A stretch of 64,000 bases of DNA from Promethearchaeota archaeon (GCA_048940925.1 JBHLOC010000006.1:1-64000); one strand, 5' to 3'; counted from the first letter of the stretch, positions 9,148 through 19,420 are shown. Numbers and translations: made by a program. The notes: generated by a model not told the origin, from the letters alone.

Positions 9148-10782
9148 CTATTTAGGTATTAAGAAAGTAAAATTACTTCCTTTAGTATAATCTTCTTTTA
9201 TACGATTTTCTACCCAGATTTTTCCATTATAACTATTAATGATTTTTTTTACTAAAGATAAACCTATCCCCATCCCTCTTACGTGAGTATCCTTTTTATA
9301 TCCTTTTTGAAATATTAATTTTTTGTTTTTGTTAAGAATTCCTATCCCATTATCTAAAATTTCAACCTTATAATTAAATATCCCATTAGTTTTCGCTTTT
9401 GAAATATTAACTTGTATTTTTACTACTGAATTTTTATTATACTTTATTGCATTATAGAGCAAATTTTCAAATACATCTAACAATAATTCATTTGCATTTA
9501 CAAACACTTTTTCATTCAATTTTTTTATTTTTATATCTAATTTCTTATTTCGGACACTTTTTCGTGCAAATAAGATTGCTTCATCTATCATATCATACAG
9601 ATCAACTTTTTGTAATGAAACTTCTGATTCCTCAAGTTTAGACAACTTTCTTACATTGTCTATTAATTTTGATCCTCTACTAATTTGGTTTTTAATTATG
9701 TTAAAAATATCGTCAGATTCCTCTAATTTACTATCATCATTTCTCAACATTGATAATAGTTCAGCTGAAAACTGAATATTATGAAAGATATTATTCATAT
9801 CATGCGTGAAAATATCTTTATAAAAATTAGCACGCGTAAAAGCTTCACGGTACATATGTTCTGATTTTTTTAACTCTTGTTCAGCATGTTGATGTTCAGT
9901 TACATCTCTAAAACTCCATAGACGCCCTATTATTTTACCATTGCGAGTTATTGGACAGGAATATTGATCAAAAATTCGTCCATCCTTGAATATTAGCATA
10001 TCAAAAACATTTCTGGATGTTTTTATTAAGTTATCAATTTTTTCCTTAAAAAGTTCAGGATCTTTAAGTTGGTTAACAATATTATCAATTAATAAACAAA
10101 AATCCATTTTCTCAACAACCGCGTCAGGAACTCGCCACATATAGATGAATCTAGCATTTATTTGAGTTATATGCCCATCGTTATCAATAGCTACAATACC
10201 TTCAGCAATTGCTTCAAAAATCGCCCTCAGTAATTCTTGATTTTCTCGTAAAGCATTTTCTGCTTCTATTCGATCAAAAGTATTTTCCAGGATTTCTGAA
10301 AAAATCCTTAATATTGCAAAATCTTTACCCATCCATTGTATCCTTTCTGAAATCTTGCTAAAACACACAAATCCAGTTAATTTCAGTTTTTGATAGATTG
10401 GAAATCCTAAAAAGCATTTTATATCTTGAAATTCCATAAAATTTTTTGTGAGGGTTGCATAGATAGGTAATTTCGAAACATCTCTTATGTGAATAAAACT
10501 CAATTTTTCAATTTGATTAATCCACCATTTAATTGTATTAATGTCAACTTTTCTAAGATTTTGTATTTGAGAATTAATTCCTTCATTACACCACTCATGT
10601 GTGTTTATTAAAAAGTCATGATTTTTATTAAGGAGGAACATAGAAACTCTATCTGCTCTAGATAAATTACCTAAATCACGAAGAGATGAGTTTATTGCTT
10701 CATCAAGATCAATTTTGCCCACAAATCTGGAAGAAATTGCTGAAATTACTTTTTCAAAATTTAATCTTTTCTCTAATGACAA
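9148..10782 (-). CDS. GAF-PAS sensor histidine kinase
   Basis: THEWC GAF, PAS ending SFRDVTE, H-box FTHDMNN, N-box ENLLYNAIKY, DNGIG, GMGIGL. Confidence 0.9.
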   Translation of the reverse strand: MSLEKRLNFEKVISAISSRFVGKIDLDEAINSSLRDLGNLSRADRVSMFLLNKNHDFLINTHEWCNEGINSQIQNLRKVDINTIKWWINQIEKLSFIHIRDVSKLPIYATLTKNFMEFQDIKCFLGFPIYQKLKLTGFVCFSKISERIQWMGKDFAILRIFSEILENTFDRIEAENALRENQELLRAIFEAIAEGIVAIDNDGHITQINARFIYMWRVPDAVVEKMDFCLLIDNIVNQLKDPELFKEKIDNLIKTSRNVFDMLIFKDGRIFDQYSCPITRNGKIIGRLWSFRDVTEHQHAEQELKKSEHMYREAFTRANFYKDIFTHDMNNIFHNIQFSAELLSMLRNDDSKLEESDDIFNIIKNQISRGSKLIDNVRKLSKLEESEVSLQKVDLYDMIDEAILFARKSVRNKKLDIKIKKLNEKVFVNANELLLDVFENLLYNAIKYNKNSVVKIQVNISKAKTNGIFNYKVEILDNGIGILNKNKKLIFQKGYKKDTHVRGMGIGLSLVKKIINSYNGKIWVENRIKEDYTKGSNFTFLIPK

Positions 10783-11048
10783 TTTGATATCCTTATGTAA
10801 AAATTTAAATTATGTACCCTATTTAGGATTAAATCTTACTTTCTTTGGGTTTTATCAGGTAATTTTTGTTCTGAAATTAAGATTAATTTTATTAATTTAA
10901 ATTTTTGCAAATCGTTAATATATTATAGAAAAGCTACACATCTTAATTTTAATTTTTTCTAATAGAATTTTTTTTTTAAATTGCGAATTTGCTTAAATGT
11001 TATTTGAAAAATTTATTATTTTTAAAAATCATTAATATTTGATTAAAC

Positions 11049-12209
11049 TTGGACTCAATGGAAGAGTTAACTAAAAAACAAACTGAAAAAGGCATTAAAA
11101 AATTCACTTTACAAGAATTTGGAGGTGCTTTTGGAGATTGGGGAACCTTAATTCCATTTGTTATTGGATATATCTCAATTGTGGGTTTAAGTCCAGCAGG
11201 TATTTTTCTCACTTTAGGTATTACTAACATCATATTAGGGATCAAATTTAATTTACCTTTACCAGTGCAACCGCAGAAAACAATTGGAACAGTGGCAATA
11301 TCGGAGAAATGGAAACCTAATATGGTAATTTCTACTGGTTTTGGAACAGGAATAGTATGGTTACTTCTTGGTTTTTCCAAAAAACTTAATTATATAGTGA
11401 GTAAAATTCCTATTATTGCGGTAAAGGGAATACAAATGGGTTTAGCATTAATCCTAGGATGGGCAGGAATTTTATTGTTTGGTGAGAATTTAGCCTTAGG
11501 ATTTATCTCAATATTGATTATAATAATTTTAATAAAAAATAAACCAATTCCATCTGCAATTATCCTTACATTCACCGGAATTTTCATCACATTTTTTACT
11601 GGCGTTATTAATATTTCAGAATTGAAATTTGGGATACCAAAGTTAGCATTTCAAGTACCTACATGGGAGAACTTTTTATTAGGTATGCTTTATGCAGGAA
11701 TTGCTCAATTATTTTTAACTTTAACAAATGTGATGGTTGCTACTATTGTTTTAATCAAAGAACTATTCCCCGATAGAAAAGGAATTGATGCAAATACTTT
11801 AGCTTTTAATATGGGTGCTATGAATTTAATTAATCCTTTTTTTGTTGGTATGCCTTTATGTCATGGATCGGGAGGATTAATGGCACAATATGCTTTTGGA
11901 GCCAGGACAGGTGGTTCTATGATATTAGAAGGTATAATGGAATTAATACTTGGTTTATTTTTTTCTCAGACTCTATTTCTACTTTTTACAGAGTTTCCAA
12001 TGGCAATACTAGGTGCGATGCTTATTTATATTGCATTTTTATTAGGAAAAATAGCTTTGAAAGATTTTAATATAAAATCATTTCCAATAATATTAATTTC
12101 CGCAATTACATGCTATTTTATAAATATAGCATTGGGTTTCTTAATCGGGTTAATATTATATATAATTTTTAAGAAATTAATTGATAAACCTAAAAATCAA
12201 ACCCTATAA
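11049..12209 (+). CDS. molybdate/sulfate transporter, MOT1 family
   Basis: EFGGAFGD.GT.IP, LP.PVQP.K.I, GMP.CHGSGGL.AQY.FGART. Confidence 0.85.
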   Translation: MDSMEELTKKQTEKGIKKFTLQEFGGAFGDWGTLIPFVIGYISIVGLSPAGIFLTLGITNIILGIKFNLPLPVQPQKTIGTVAISEKWKPNMVISTGFGTGIVWLLLGFSKKLNYIVSKIPIIAVKGIQMGLALILGWAGILLFGENLALGFISILIIIILIKNKPIPSAIILTFTGIFITFFTGVINISELKFGIPKLAFQVPTWENFLLGMLYAGIAQLFLTLTNVMVATIVLIKELFPDRKGIDANTLAFNMGAMNLINPFFVGMPLCHGSGGLMAQYAFGARTGGSMILEGIMELILGLFFSQTLFLLFTEFPMAILGAMLIYIAFLLGKIALKDFNIKSFPIILISAITCYFINIALGFLIGLILYIIFKKLIDKPKNQTL

Positions 12210-12333
12210 ACTTATTTTTTAAATTATTAATTGAATTTTATGTGATTTTATCTAATTACTATTTAAATAGAGTTTTTTTTATAATTTAAACGAAAAATTC
12301 TTTTAAGTATGAAAGCAAATATTCATATTAGAT

Positions 12334-13044
12334 TTGATCATGGGTGATTTTATGTTATTTTCACAAAATGAAATGGAGAATTTAAAAAGAGAAATGAGTA
12401 AATTAAAAGAAAAAGTCATACTTAAACTTTTTACTGATTATAAAATACAAACAGATGGGACAAAAGTAAGAAGATGTATGGCTTGTGAAGGAACATATGA
12501 ATTACTTAAAACTCTAGAAAATGTAGCTGAAGGAAATCTAAAAATTGAAGAAATTTCTACAGAAGAAAATGAAGACGAAGCTAAAAGATTTAATGTAGCT
12601 AAAGTACCTGCCATATTATTTGTAGATGAAAATAATCGAGAAATCATTCGATATTTAGCATATCCAACTGGATCCGAATTTGTACCTTTTCTTAATAGTA
12701 TACAATATTTTTCAGGAGTAAGACCATTTTATACAGATCAAATCGTTAGTCATCTTAAAAAGATAGAGAAGTCAAACATGAAAATCTTTATAACTCCTAC
12801 ATGTCCATATTGTCCAGCAACAGTTCCAGTTTTAACACTATTCGCGATTGTTTCCAAAGGTAAGATTAAAGCTGAAATAATTGATGTTAATTTAAATCCA
12901 GATATTGGAATGAAATACCAAGTTCAAAGCGTTCCTCACACAGTTATTAATGAAAAAGATCATATTTATGGAATGTTCACTCCTCAAGATTTGCTGGATA
13001 AGCTTACTAAAGGAAAAAGAGATTTTGGAGGTATGTATGCATAA
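12334..13044 (+). CDS. protein disulfide oxidoreductase (PDO, two thioredoxin folds)
   Basis: CMAC and TPTCPYCP active sites, VP cis-Pro loops. Confidence 0.85.
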   Translation: MIMGDFMLFSQNEMENLKREMSKLKEKVILKLFTDYKIQTDGTKVRRCMACEGTYELLKTLENVAEGNLKIEEISTEENEDEAKRFNVAKVPAILFVDENNREIIRYLAYPTGSEFVPFLNSIQYFSGVRPFYTDQIVSHLKKIEKSNMKIFITPTCPYCPATVPVLTLFAIVSKGKIKAEIIDVNLNPDIGMKYQVQSVPHTVINEKDHIYGMFTPQDLLDKLTKGKRDFGGMYA

Positions 13045-13067
13045 GTATTATAAGGTGATATTAAATT

Positions 13068-13751
13068 ATGTCTCAAGATGATAAATATCGAGAAATAATA
13101 AAAAGGGAGATGGCAAAACTAAAGAAACCTGTTAAATTGAAGGTGTTTACTTGTAAAGAAAAACAACCAAATGGAAGTCAGATAAGGGAGTGTATGGATT
13201 GTAATCAATTTATGGAGTTTCTAAGGATCTATGAAGAAAATTCTAATGGAATGTTAACAATTGAAGAATTATGTATTGATGAAAACCCGGAATTTGCGAA
13301 AAGGTATGATATTTCAAGAGTACCTACCATCCTATTTGTCGATGATCAAGGAAGAGAAATCATACGCTATTTAGCAGCACCACAGGGTGGTGAGATTCAA
13401 CCTTTCATACAAGCATTATTTACTTTTGCTGGAGCTCCTAATTATTATGAAGCAACGATAAAGCAAAACTTAAACAGAATTTCTCCTTCTACAATAAAGG
13501 TCATGATGACACAAACTTGTCCATATTGTCCCCAGGTGATTTCAACCTGTAACTCGTTTGCTCTTGCATCTGGGGGGAAAATTAGAAACGTAGTGATTGA
13601 CATTCAAGCAAATCCTGATATTGGACAATATTATGATGCTGCTGGTGTTCCCTATACTATTATAAATGATCAAAAGACATTAGTTGGAATGGTTGGACCA
13701 AATGAAATATTAAGAGCTTTAATTGGGGGAAATATACGTGTTCAATATTGA
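13068..13751 (+). CDS. protein disulfide oxidoreductase (PDO), tandem paralog
   Basis: CMDC and TCPYCP; strong similarity to upstream gene (VP.ILFVD...REIIRYLA.P.G.E). Confidence 0.85.
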   Translation: MSQDDKYREIIKREMAKLKKPVKLKVFTCKEKQPNGSQIRECMDCNQFMEFLRIYEENSNGMLTIEELCIDENPEFAKRYDISRVPTILFVDDQGREIIRYLAAPQGGEIQPFIQALFTFAGAPNYYEATIKQNLNRISPSTIKVMMTQTCPYCPQVISTCNSFALASGGKIRNVVIDIQANPDIGQYYDAAGVPYTIINDQKTLVGMVGPNEILRALIGGNIRVQY

Positions 13752-13752
13752 T

Positions 13753-14682
13753 ATGGAAGGTTTAGATTTAGAAAAAATTTATGATCTTATCATTTTGGGA
13801 GGAGGTCCTACTGCAATCGGTTGTGCAATTTATGCAGCGCGATTTGCAATGGATGTATTAATTATTGGTAAAACATTTGGAGGTTTGATTGCCACAACTC
13901 ATATTGTTGAGAATTATCCTGCGATTACATCCATAAGTGGCCAAGGTTTAATGGATATGTTTAAGGATCATATGGATTCGCTTAACATCCCATATATTTC
14001 AGATGAGATTAGGAGTATTGAAAAAGTAGATGATCACTTTGAATTACGTTCTTTTTTTCAAAATTTTAAAGCTTTTTCAATATGTATAGCAACAGGTTCA
14101 GAAAGGAGGAAACTAGGTATTAAAGGCGAAGAAGAATTTGCTGGGAGAGGTGTATCTTATTGTGCAACCTGTGATGGCCCATTTTATAAAGATAAAGTTG
14201 TTTGTGTTATTGGTGGGAGTGATTCTGCTGCTAAAGAAGCATTGTTCTTAGCTCAAAACACTCAAAAGGTCTACATTATTTATCGTGGAAGCGAAATACG
14301 CGCTGAACCAATAAACAAGAAAAGAGTTTACGAAAATGATAAAATAGAAATAATATATAATACAAATATTGTCGAAATCAAGGGTGATAATACAGTACAA
14401 TCTGTTATTTTTGATAATGGAGAAAAATTGAAAGTAGATGGAGTATTTATTGAAATAGGGTCAAATCCTAATTCTAAACTAGCAAAACGTATTGGGGTTA
14501 AAGTAAATGAAAAAGAGGAAATTATAATTAATCGTAAATCAGAAACAAGCATTCCAGGTATATTCGCAGCAGGTGATGTTGCAGATGCGCCATTTAAGCA
14601 AGCAATAACCGGAGTTTCAGAAGGAGTTATTGCTGCCTATTCTGCATTTGATTATGTTAAGGAAATGAATATAGAATATTAA
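13753..14682 (+). CDS. trxB: thioredoxin reductase
   Basis: GGGP, VENYP, GRGVSYCATCDG, IGGSDSA, GIFAAGD; probable start ATG 13753, just after the PDO stop. Confidence 0.92.
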   Translation: MEGLDLEKIYDLIILGGGPTAIGCAIYAARFAMDVLIIGKTFGGLIATTHIVENYPAITSISGQGLMDMFKDHMDSLNIPYISDEIRSIEKVDDHFELRSFFQNFKAFSICIATGSERRKLGIKGEEEFAGRGVSYCATCDGPFYKDKVVCVIGGSDSAAKEALFLAQNTQKVYIIYRGSEIRAEPINKKRVYENDKIEIIYNTNIVEIKGDNTVQSVIFDNGEKLKVDGVFIEIGSNPNSKLAKRIGVKVNEKEEIIINRKSETSIPGIFAAGDVADAPFKQAITGVSEGVIAAYSAFDYVKEMNIEY

Positions 14683-14727
14683 TAAGATTTAATTTACAAA
14701 AAATTAAAATAGAAATAAAAAAATAAT

Positions 14728-15036
14728 TTATTCGATATTTACTTCTACACTATGAAACTCGGGTTCTTGAAAAGGAACTTCAACTTTTAAGAGTCCATTT
14801 TTATATGAAGCTTTTGCTTCTTCAGGTTTTATAGGACAGCACACCGCATATGTTCCTATATAAATTGTATCCTCAGTCTCTCCTTTAATGAAGAAACTAT
14901 CATCGTGCATTTTGAGTTTAATTGTATCCTTTTCAACCCCAGGTAATTGAATTTCAATTTTATATGTACTATGTTCATCATCAGCCCAAGCACACATTTC
15001 TGGGGATGTTAATAACTTATCTTCTTCTTTAGTCAT
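14728..15036 (-). CDS. small heat-shock protein (Hsp20/alpha-crystallin)
   Basis: LPGVEK..I.L and A.Y.NGLL.V.VP motifs. Confidence 0.85.
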   Translation of the reverse strand: MTKEEDKLLTSPEMCAWADDEHSTYKIEIQLPGVEKDTIKLKMHDDSFFIKGETEDTIYIGTYAVCCPIKPEEAKASYKNGLLKVEVPFQEPEFHSVEVNIE

Positions 15037-15227
15037 ATTAATTCACTTTTAAAATATTTTTATGAATTTATATCATCTATCTTTAAAGAGTAAAGTTGTT
15101 GATTTAAAAGTTCTTTCTATAGATTATTAAAGAAATTAAATTTTCTTACTTATTTACTAGAACAAAAAAAAGATTCATTTTTAATTTATAAAATTCTTTA
15201 GTTTTGATAAAGGAATTCTAAAGAGTC

Positions 15228-16142
15228 CTATTGAATATAGTATAAAAGTGAGTCAGTAGATAATATGTCTAGTATCTTTTCCCAATATTCTTTTATTTCC
15301 CAATCTTGTTTATCTTTAATTTTTTCCGAAATCTCTTTCATTATTTGCTTAATTTTGAGTGAATTAAAATAAGTTAAATTTGAAGAGATTACAGATAACA
15401 TATATTGCTTTTCACCATATCTTTCATTTTCCTCTGGATACGAATCAAAATATATATACCCTTTTTCATCGATGTTTTCAATATTCAATAAGAAACCTTG
15501 AGCTTTGGTAATTTTATCATGTCCATAAATAGAAGTTACTGCCTGGAATAATTGCATGCCTAATATATCTATTGAAATAGTAAAATTTTCATCAGAAGGA
15601 AAATATTTATTTATTACTGGCCCCATAACATCATCCCAATACACATATAGTAAATAAAGGTTTCGTTGATCTTTATCTGGAGTAGAAGATTGCATTTCAA
15701 TCTGGAGGGAGGATAATTGTTGTGTAAATTCCCTATCAATAAGATTAGCTTTTTGATAACGAGCAATTTTACCTGAGATAATTGCCATTAAATCTTCTTT
15801 TTTAAAGGGTTTTGTTATATAATCATCAACACCTAACATTTTCCCTAATCGAATATCATCAGGAGTAGATTTTGCAGTTAAAAATAAAAAGGGGATTCGA
15901 CTGGATTTAGGATCATTGGAAAGAGCTTTAAAAAATTCATAACCGTCCATTCTTGGCATCATTATGTCGCTAATGATTAAATCAGGAAGTTTTTCTAATT
16001 CTGACATAATTTTTAATGCTTCTTTACCATTTAGTGCAGTTAATACTTTATATCCATTACTTTCCAATAGGAATCTTAAATGAAATAATATATCTTCATT
16101 ATCATCAACTATGAGTATCACTGATTGAGATACATTTTGCAT
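15228..16142 (-). CDS. response regulator: receiver domain plus C-terminal longin/uDENN-like domain
   Basis: Receiver ILIVDD, DLIISDIMMP (phospho-Asp), LTAK, DDYITKPF; C-terminal LLYVYWDDVMGPVI...ERYG...YMLSVI suggests a longin fold (inferred). Confidence 0.85.
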   Translation of the reverse strand: MQNVSQSVILIVDDNEDILFHLRFLLESNGYKVLTALNGKEALKIMSELEKLPDLIISDIMMPRMDGYEFFKALSNDPKSSRIPFLFLTAKSTPDDIRLGKMLGVDDYITKPFKKEDLMAIISGKIARYQKANLIDREFTQQLSSLQIEMQSSTPDKDQRNLYLLYVYWDDVMGPVINKYFPSDENFTISIDILGMQLFQAVTSIYGHDKITKAQGFLLNIENIDEKGYIYFDSYPEENERYGEKQYMLSVISSNLTYFNSLKIKQIMKEISEKIKDKQDWEIKEYWEKILDILSTDSLLYYIQ

Positions 16143-16203
16143 GCTATTACTCTAAGAAATCTTATTTGGAAAATATCAAATAAAATTATATTTAAATTTC
16201 GTT

Positions 16204-18381
16204 TTAAATATTATCTATTCTTGGAAAAAATATCGAAAATGTAGTGCTTTTCCCTAATTCACTTTCAACATAGATTTCACCTTTATGAAGATGGATAATT
16301 TCTTTCGCAATTGATAAACCTAGTCCAGTTCCAGAAATTTCTCCTGCATTAGAAGCTCGATAAAATCTTTCAAAAAGATGAAGAAGATCTTCTTTACTAA
16401 TTCCTATTCCATGATTTTTAAATTGAAATAAATTCCCATTTTTTCCTTTAGGATTAAATCTTCCTTGGTAATTTTCAATCACATTTATCTTGATAATTGT
16501 ATTTTCATGTGAATATTTTATTGCATTATCAAGAAGAATTCGAAAAACTTGATCAATCCTTTTAATGTCCCCTTTCATATTGATATTTTTATTACTATCA
16601 ATTTGAAAAGTAAGGTTTTTTTCTTGAGCAAAAGGAGTAAAGAATAATTCCATATCTTGTAATAGTTTTAAAGGATTAAAGTTTTCTAAATTAAGCTCAA
16701 TCTTTTTTTCATCAATTTGAGAGAGCATGAGAATATCTTCTGATAAGTCTTTAAGAATTGAAATGTTCCTTTCTTCTATCTCAATAATATTGTTTTGTAG
16801 TTCAGGGGTTAGTGAATCTTGCTTTTGCTTGAATACATCTAAAGACATCATTAGAACAGTTATAGGTGTTCTCAATTCATGAGAAACTGTCGATACTAAG
16901 TTTTTAATTCTTCTTTCTGCTAAAATTCTTTCTGTGATATTAAGACCATATATATTAAGATATTGTTTTTCAGTTATAGGTGTTATAGTAAACGAGTAAA
17001 ATTGATTATTTAGTTCAAGCTCAAATTGTTGAATTATTTGAGTATGAAAGACTTCTTCTACTACATTTTCTAAACTAAGTGGTATATTATTCCCAATCTC
17101 AATATTAAACAATTTTTGACCAGCATCATTTATATATAGGACAATTTCATTACTAACTCTCAATATTGGATTTGGATTCTCCGAAGGAAACTTTGCTAGA
17201 CTCCTAATTTCTTCTTCTGCTTTTTTACGTTCAGTAATATTTCGACCAACTGCAACTATATAATTAATATCTTCTTGATCATTCGTAATAACTGATCCTA
17301 AATATTCAAAAGGTATCTTTTTTCCATCCTTCGTAATTAAGTCCATTTGAACTGTAGTATTACCAGTTTCGAATGCATTACGTATAGCCTCTTGAGCTTT
17401 TATTAAATCTTCTTGACTGTAATAAGAATCAGGTGCTTTCATAGATAATATCTCCTCATCACTATACTCGCTGATCTCATTAAAAGCTTTATTCCATCTT
17501 ATCGCTTTACCGTTTTTTGGATCAAACACGAAGAAAGTATCCATTTGAGTATTTAATGCAGTTGTCGTAAATTGCTCACTCTCTTTTAGTCTTGTGAATA
17601 ATATATTTAAGGGATCTTCAAGTCCCTTTTTGATAATTGCTAAATAAATGAGATAAAAAGAGGTTATCTTAAAGAGATGACCTATTATAATAGATAGGTC
17701 ATAAACACCGACATAGAGAGTAAAAGCTAACTCCGCTGCCATAATTAATAAAATTGAAAACATTTTCAGATAGAACGTTGTTAAATTGAGCTCTTTTCTA
17801 TTTTTATATAATATTATCATAGATACGGCTAAAATTCCAATAATTATATATTCGCTGATTATCTTAAACTCGGTAAGACCAATCCCTTCAACATAACAAA
17901 CTGGAAAAAGCCTTGCGAAAATTAATATCACCAAAAATGTAGTAACTACTGTATATCCAATTACCAGGTGATTTGGATTAACTTTTTTATGCATTAAAAG
18001 AAATGCCATGAGAAATGAGCCTGCTTGAAGATATCTAGCAGCGATCCATAATTGAGTTGGTAAATTTGCGTCATATCCTACAAATATAGTTATCCCACTA
18101 TATGCTAATGTATGGATTAGATCAATTGAGCCAATATACAATAAACTAACCCCCAGAACTAAAAATATTGAGCTCTCTATATTTTTTCGAGTATTCCAGC
18201 CAATTACGAAAATTCCAAATGCTATAACAATACTAAATAATTCAGCAATTGTATGAAATAGAAGAAAACTATAGAAGTTTGTTAGGTAAATAAAAAATAA
18301 TATTAAAGTAAAAACAATTATAGATGATTTAATTTTGTATCGCCTTGGAATTTCTTTTTCTGCTTCTTGCGACACAAGCAT
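16204..18381 (-). CDS. MASE3-PAS sensor histidine kinase
   Basis: N-terminal multi-TM LFHTIAELFSI...D..HTLAY.G...QLWIAAR (MASE3), PAS domains, SHELRTP H-box, LLDNAIKY, FERFYR, GTGLGL. Confidence 0.9.
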   Translation of the reverse strand: MLVSQEAEKEIPRRYKIKSSIIVFTLILFFIYLTNFYSFLLFHTIAELFSIVIAFGIFVIGWNTRKNIESSIFLVLGVSLLYIGSIDLIHTLAYSGITIFVGYDANLPTQLWIAARYLQAGSFLMAFLLMHKKVNPNHLVIGYTVVTTFLVILIFARLFPVCYVEGIGLTEFKIISEYIIIGILAVSMIILYKNRKELNLTTFYLKMFSILLIMAAELAFTLYVGVYDLSIIIGHLFKITSFYLIYLAIIKKGLEDPLNILFTRLKESEQFTTTALNTQMDTFFVFDPKNGKAIRWNKAFNEISEYSDEEILSMKAPDSYYSQEDLIKAQEAIRNAFETGNTTVQMDLITKDGKKIPFEYLGSVITNDQEDINYIVAVGRNITERKKAEEEIRSLAKFPSENPNPILRVSNEIVLYINDAGQKLFNIEIGNNIPLSLENVVEEVFHTQIIQQFELELNNQFYSFTITPITEKQYLNIYGLNITERILAERRIKNLVSTVSHELRTPITVLMMSLDVFKQKQDSLTPELQNNIIEIEERNISILKDLSEDILMLSQIDEKKIELNLENFNPLKLLQDMELFFTPFAQEKNLTFQIDSNKNINMKGDIKRIDQVFRILLDNAIKYSHENTIIKINVIENYQGRFNPKGKNGNLFQFKNHGIGISKEDLLHLFERFYRASNAGEISGTGLGLSIAKEIIHLHKGEIYVESELGKSTTFSIFFPRIDNI

Positions 18382-18492
18382 CTTATTTGAATTTGAAATT
18401 TTATTATTCTTAAATTATATTTAATATTTTTTCTATAATATTAAAAAATTCTTACATATTAAAAAAAGTTGAAATTTATTACTGAAAATAAT

Positions 18493-19041
18493 TCAACTAA
18501 TTGTAAATTTTTCAAAAATAGCGTATATTGCTGTTTTATGAATCGAATAAATAAATTCTGGAGGAATAGTCTCTTTTAATTTTTTTATAAAATCATTAAT
18601 AACTTTTTCATTAAACTCATCATCGTATTCCAAATCGGGGTCAAATTTGTGTAGAAAAATAGAAAATTCGATGTTATTCTTTTTGTTAATTGAATTTATC
18701 ACTTTATTCAGATATGTAAGTGCGAGTTGATAACGCTTGACGTTTTGTATATCAATTACATATATGATTTTATTCGTACCCTTTACAAGACTTTTAAAAT
18801 CATTAAAGTAATCATCAAGATAAGCTTGCTGGCCACCAAGATCCCAAATCGTATATTTTGAATTTAAAGCTTCAAAATTTTGGATATCAAGACCTCTCGT
18901 GGGTTTTGGAGAATTAAATGCAGAAATACGCTTAATTCCTTTCAGACAGCTTAAAATTGAAGTTTTTCCGCTATTATCTAATCCTATCAATAAAATTTTT
19001 ATGGATTCTTCTTCAGAACCATTGGTATTTAAATTCTTCAT
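18493..19041 (-). CDS. Arf/Rag-like small GTPase (eukaryotic signature protein)
   Basis: G1 GLDNSGKT, G2 PTRG, G3 WDLGGQ, G4 HKFD, G5-like TAIY. Confidence 0.9.
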   Translation of the reverse strand: MKNLNTNGSEEESIKILLIGLDNSGKTSILSCLKGIKRISAFNSPKPTRGLDIQNFEALNSKYTIWDLGGQQAYLDDYFNDFKSLVKGTNKIIYVIDIQNVKRYQLALTYLNKVINSINKKNNIEFSIFLHKFDPDLEYDDEFNEKVINDFIKKLKETIPPEFIYSIHKTAIYAIFEKFTIS

Positions 19042-19084
19042 ACTTAGTTGAAAAGAACTTTAAATAGTTAAATTTTCCAATGAG

Positions 19085-19420
19085 CTAAGATAATGTATCA
19101 TGAACGTCAACATCTCTAATATCCTTAAACTTTTCTTTATAAATATTTCCTACTATTGAATTAATATCAGAGAGTAGAGTAAAAATATCAGTATTTTTTA
19201 TTTTATAATATTTGATATTAGCTCTTTTCTCATAATCTATTAGATTGTTTTCAAAAAGCATATTAAGATGTTTAGAAACTGTTGATTGAGAGATTCTTAA
19301 TAATTTTTGAATTTCTGATGAATTCTTCTTACTGTTTTTTAATAAATCCAAAATTTTTAGTCTAGTTGGATGTATCAGTACCTTTAAGAACTCAATAGTA
19401 TATTTTCTTAATTCACTCAT
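19085..19420 (-). CDS. ArsR/SmtB family transcriptional regulator
   Basis: LKVL.HPTRL.IL..L, ISQSTVS.HL..L winged HTH. Confidence 0.88.
   Translation of the reverse strand: MSELRKYTIEFLKVLIHPTRLKILDLLKNSKKNSSEIQKLLRISQSTVSKHLNMLFENNLIDYEKRANIKYYKIKNTDIFTLLSDINSIVGNIYKEKFKDIRDVDVHDTLS

Noticed and set aside
6113-14682. Possible selenocysteine (TGA) recoding in redox genes, given that some Asgard archaea use Sec
   Set aside because: All active sites have ordinary Cys codons; no TGA was seen at a catalytic position
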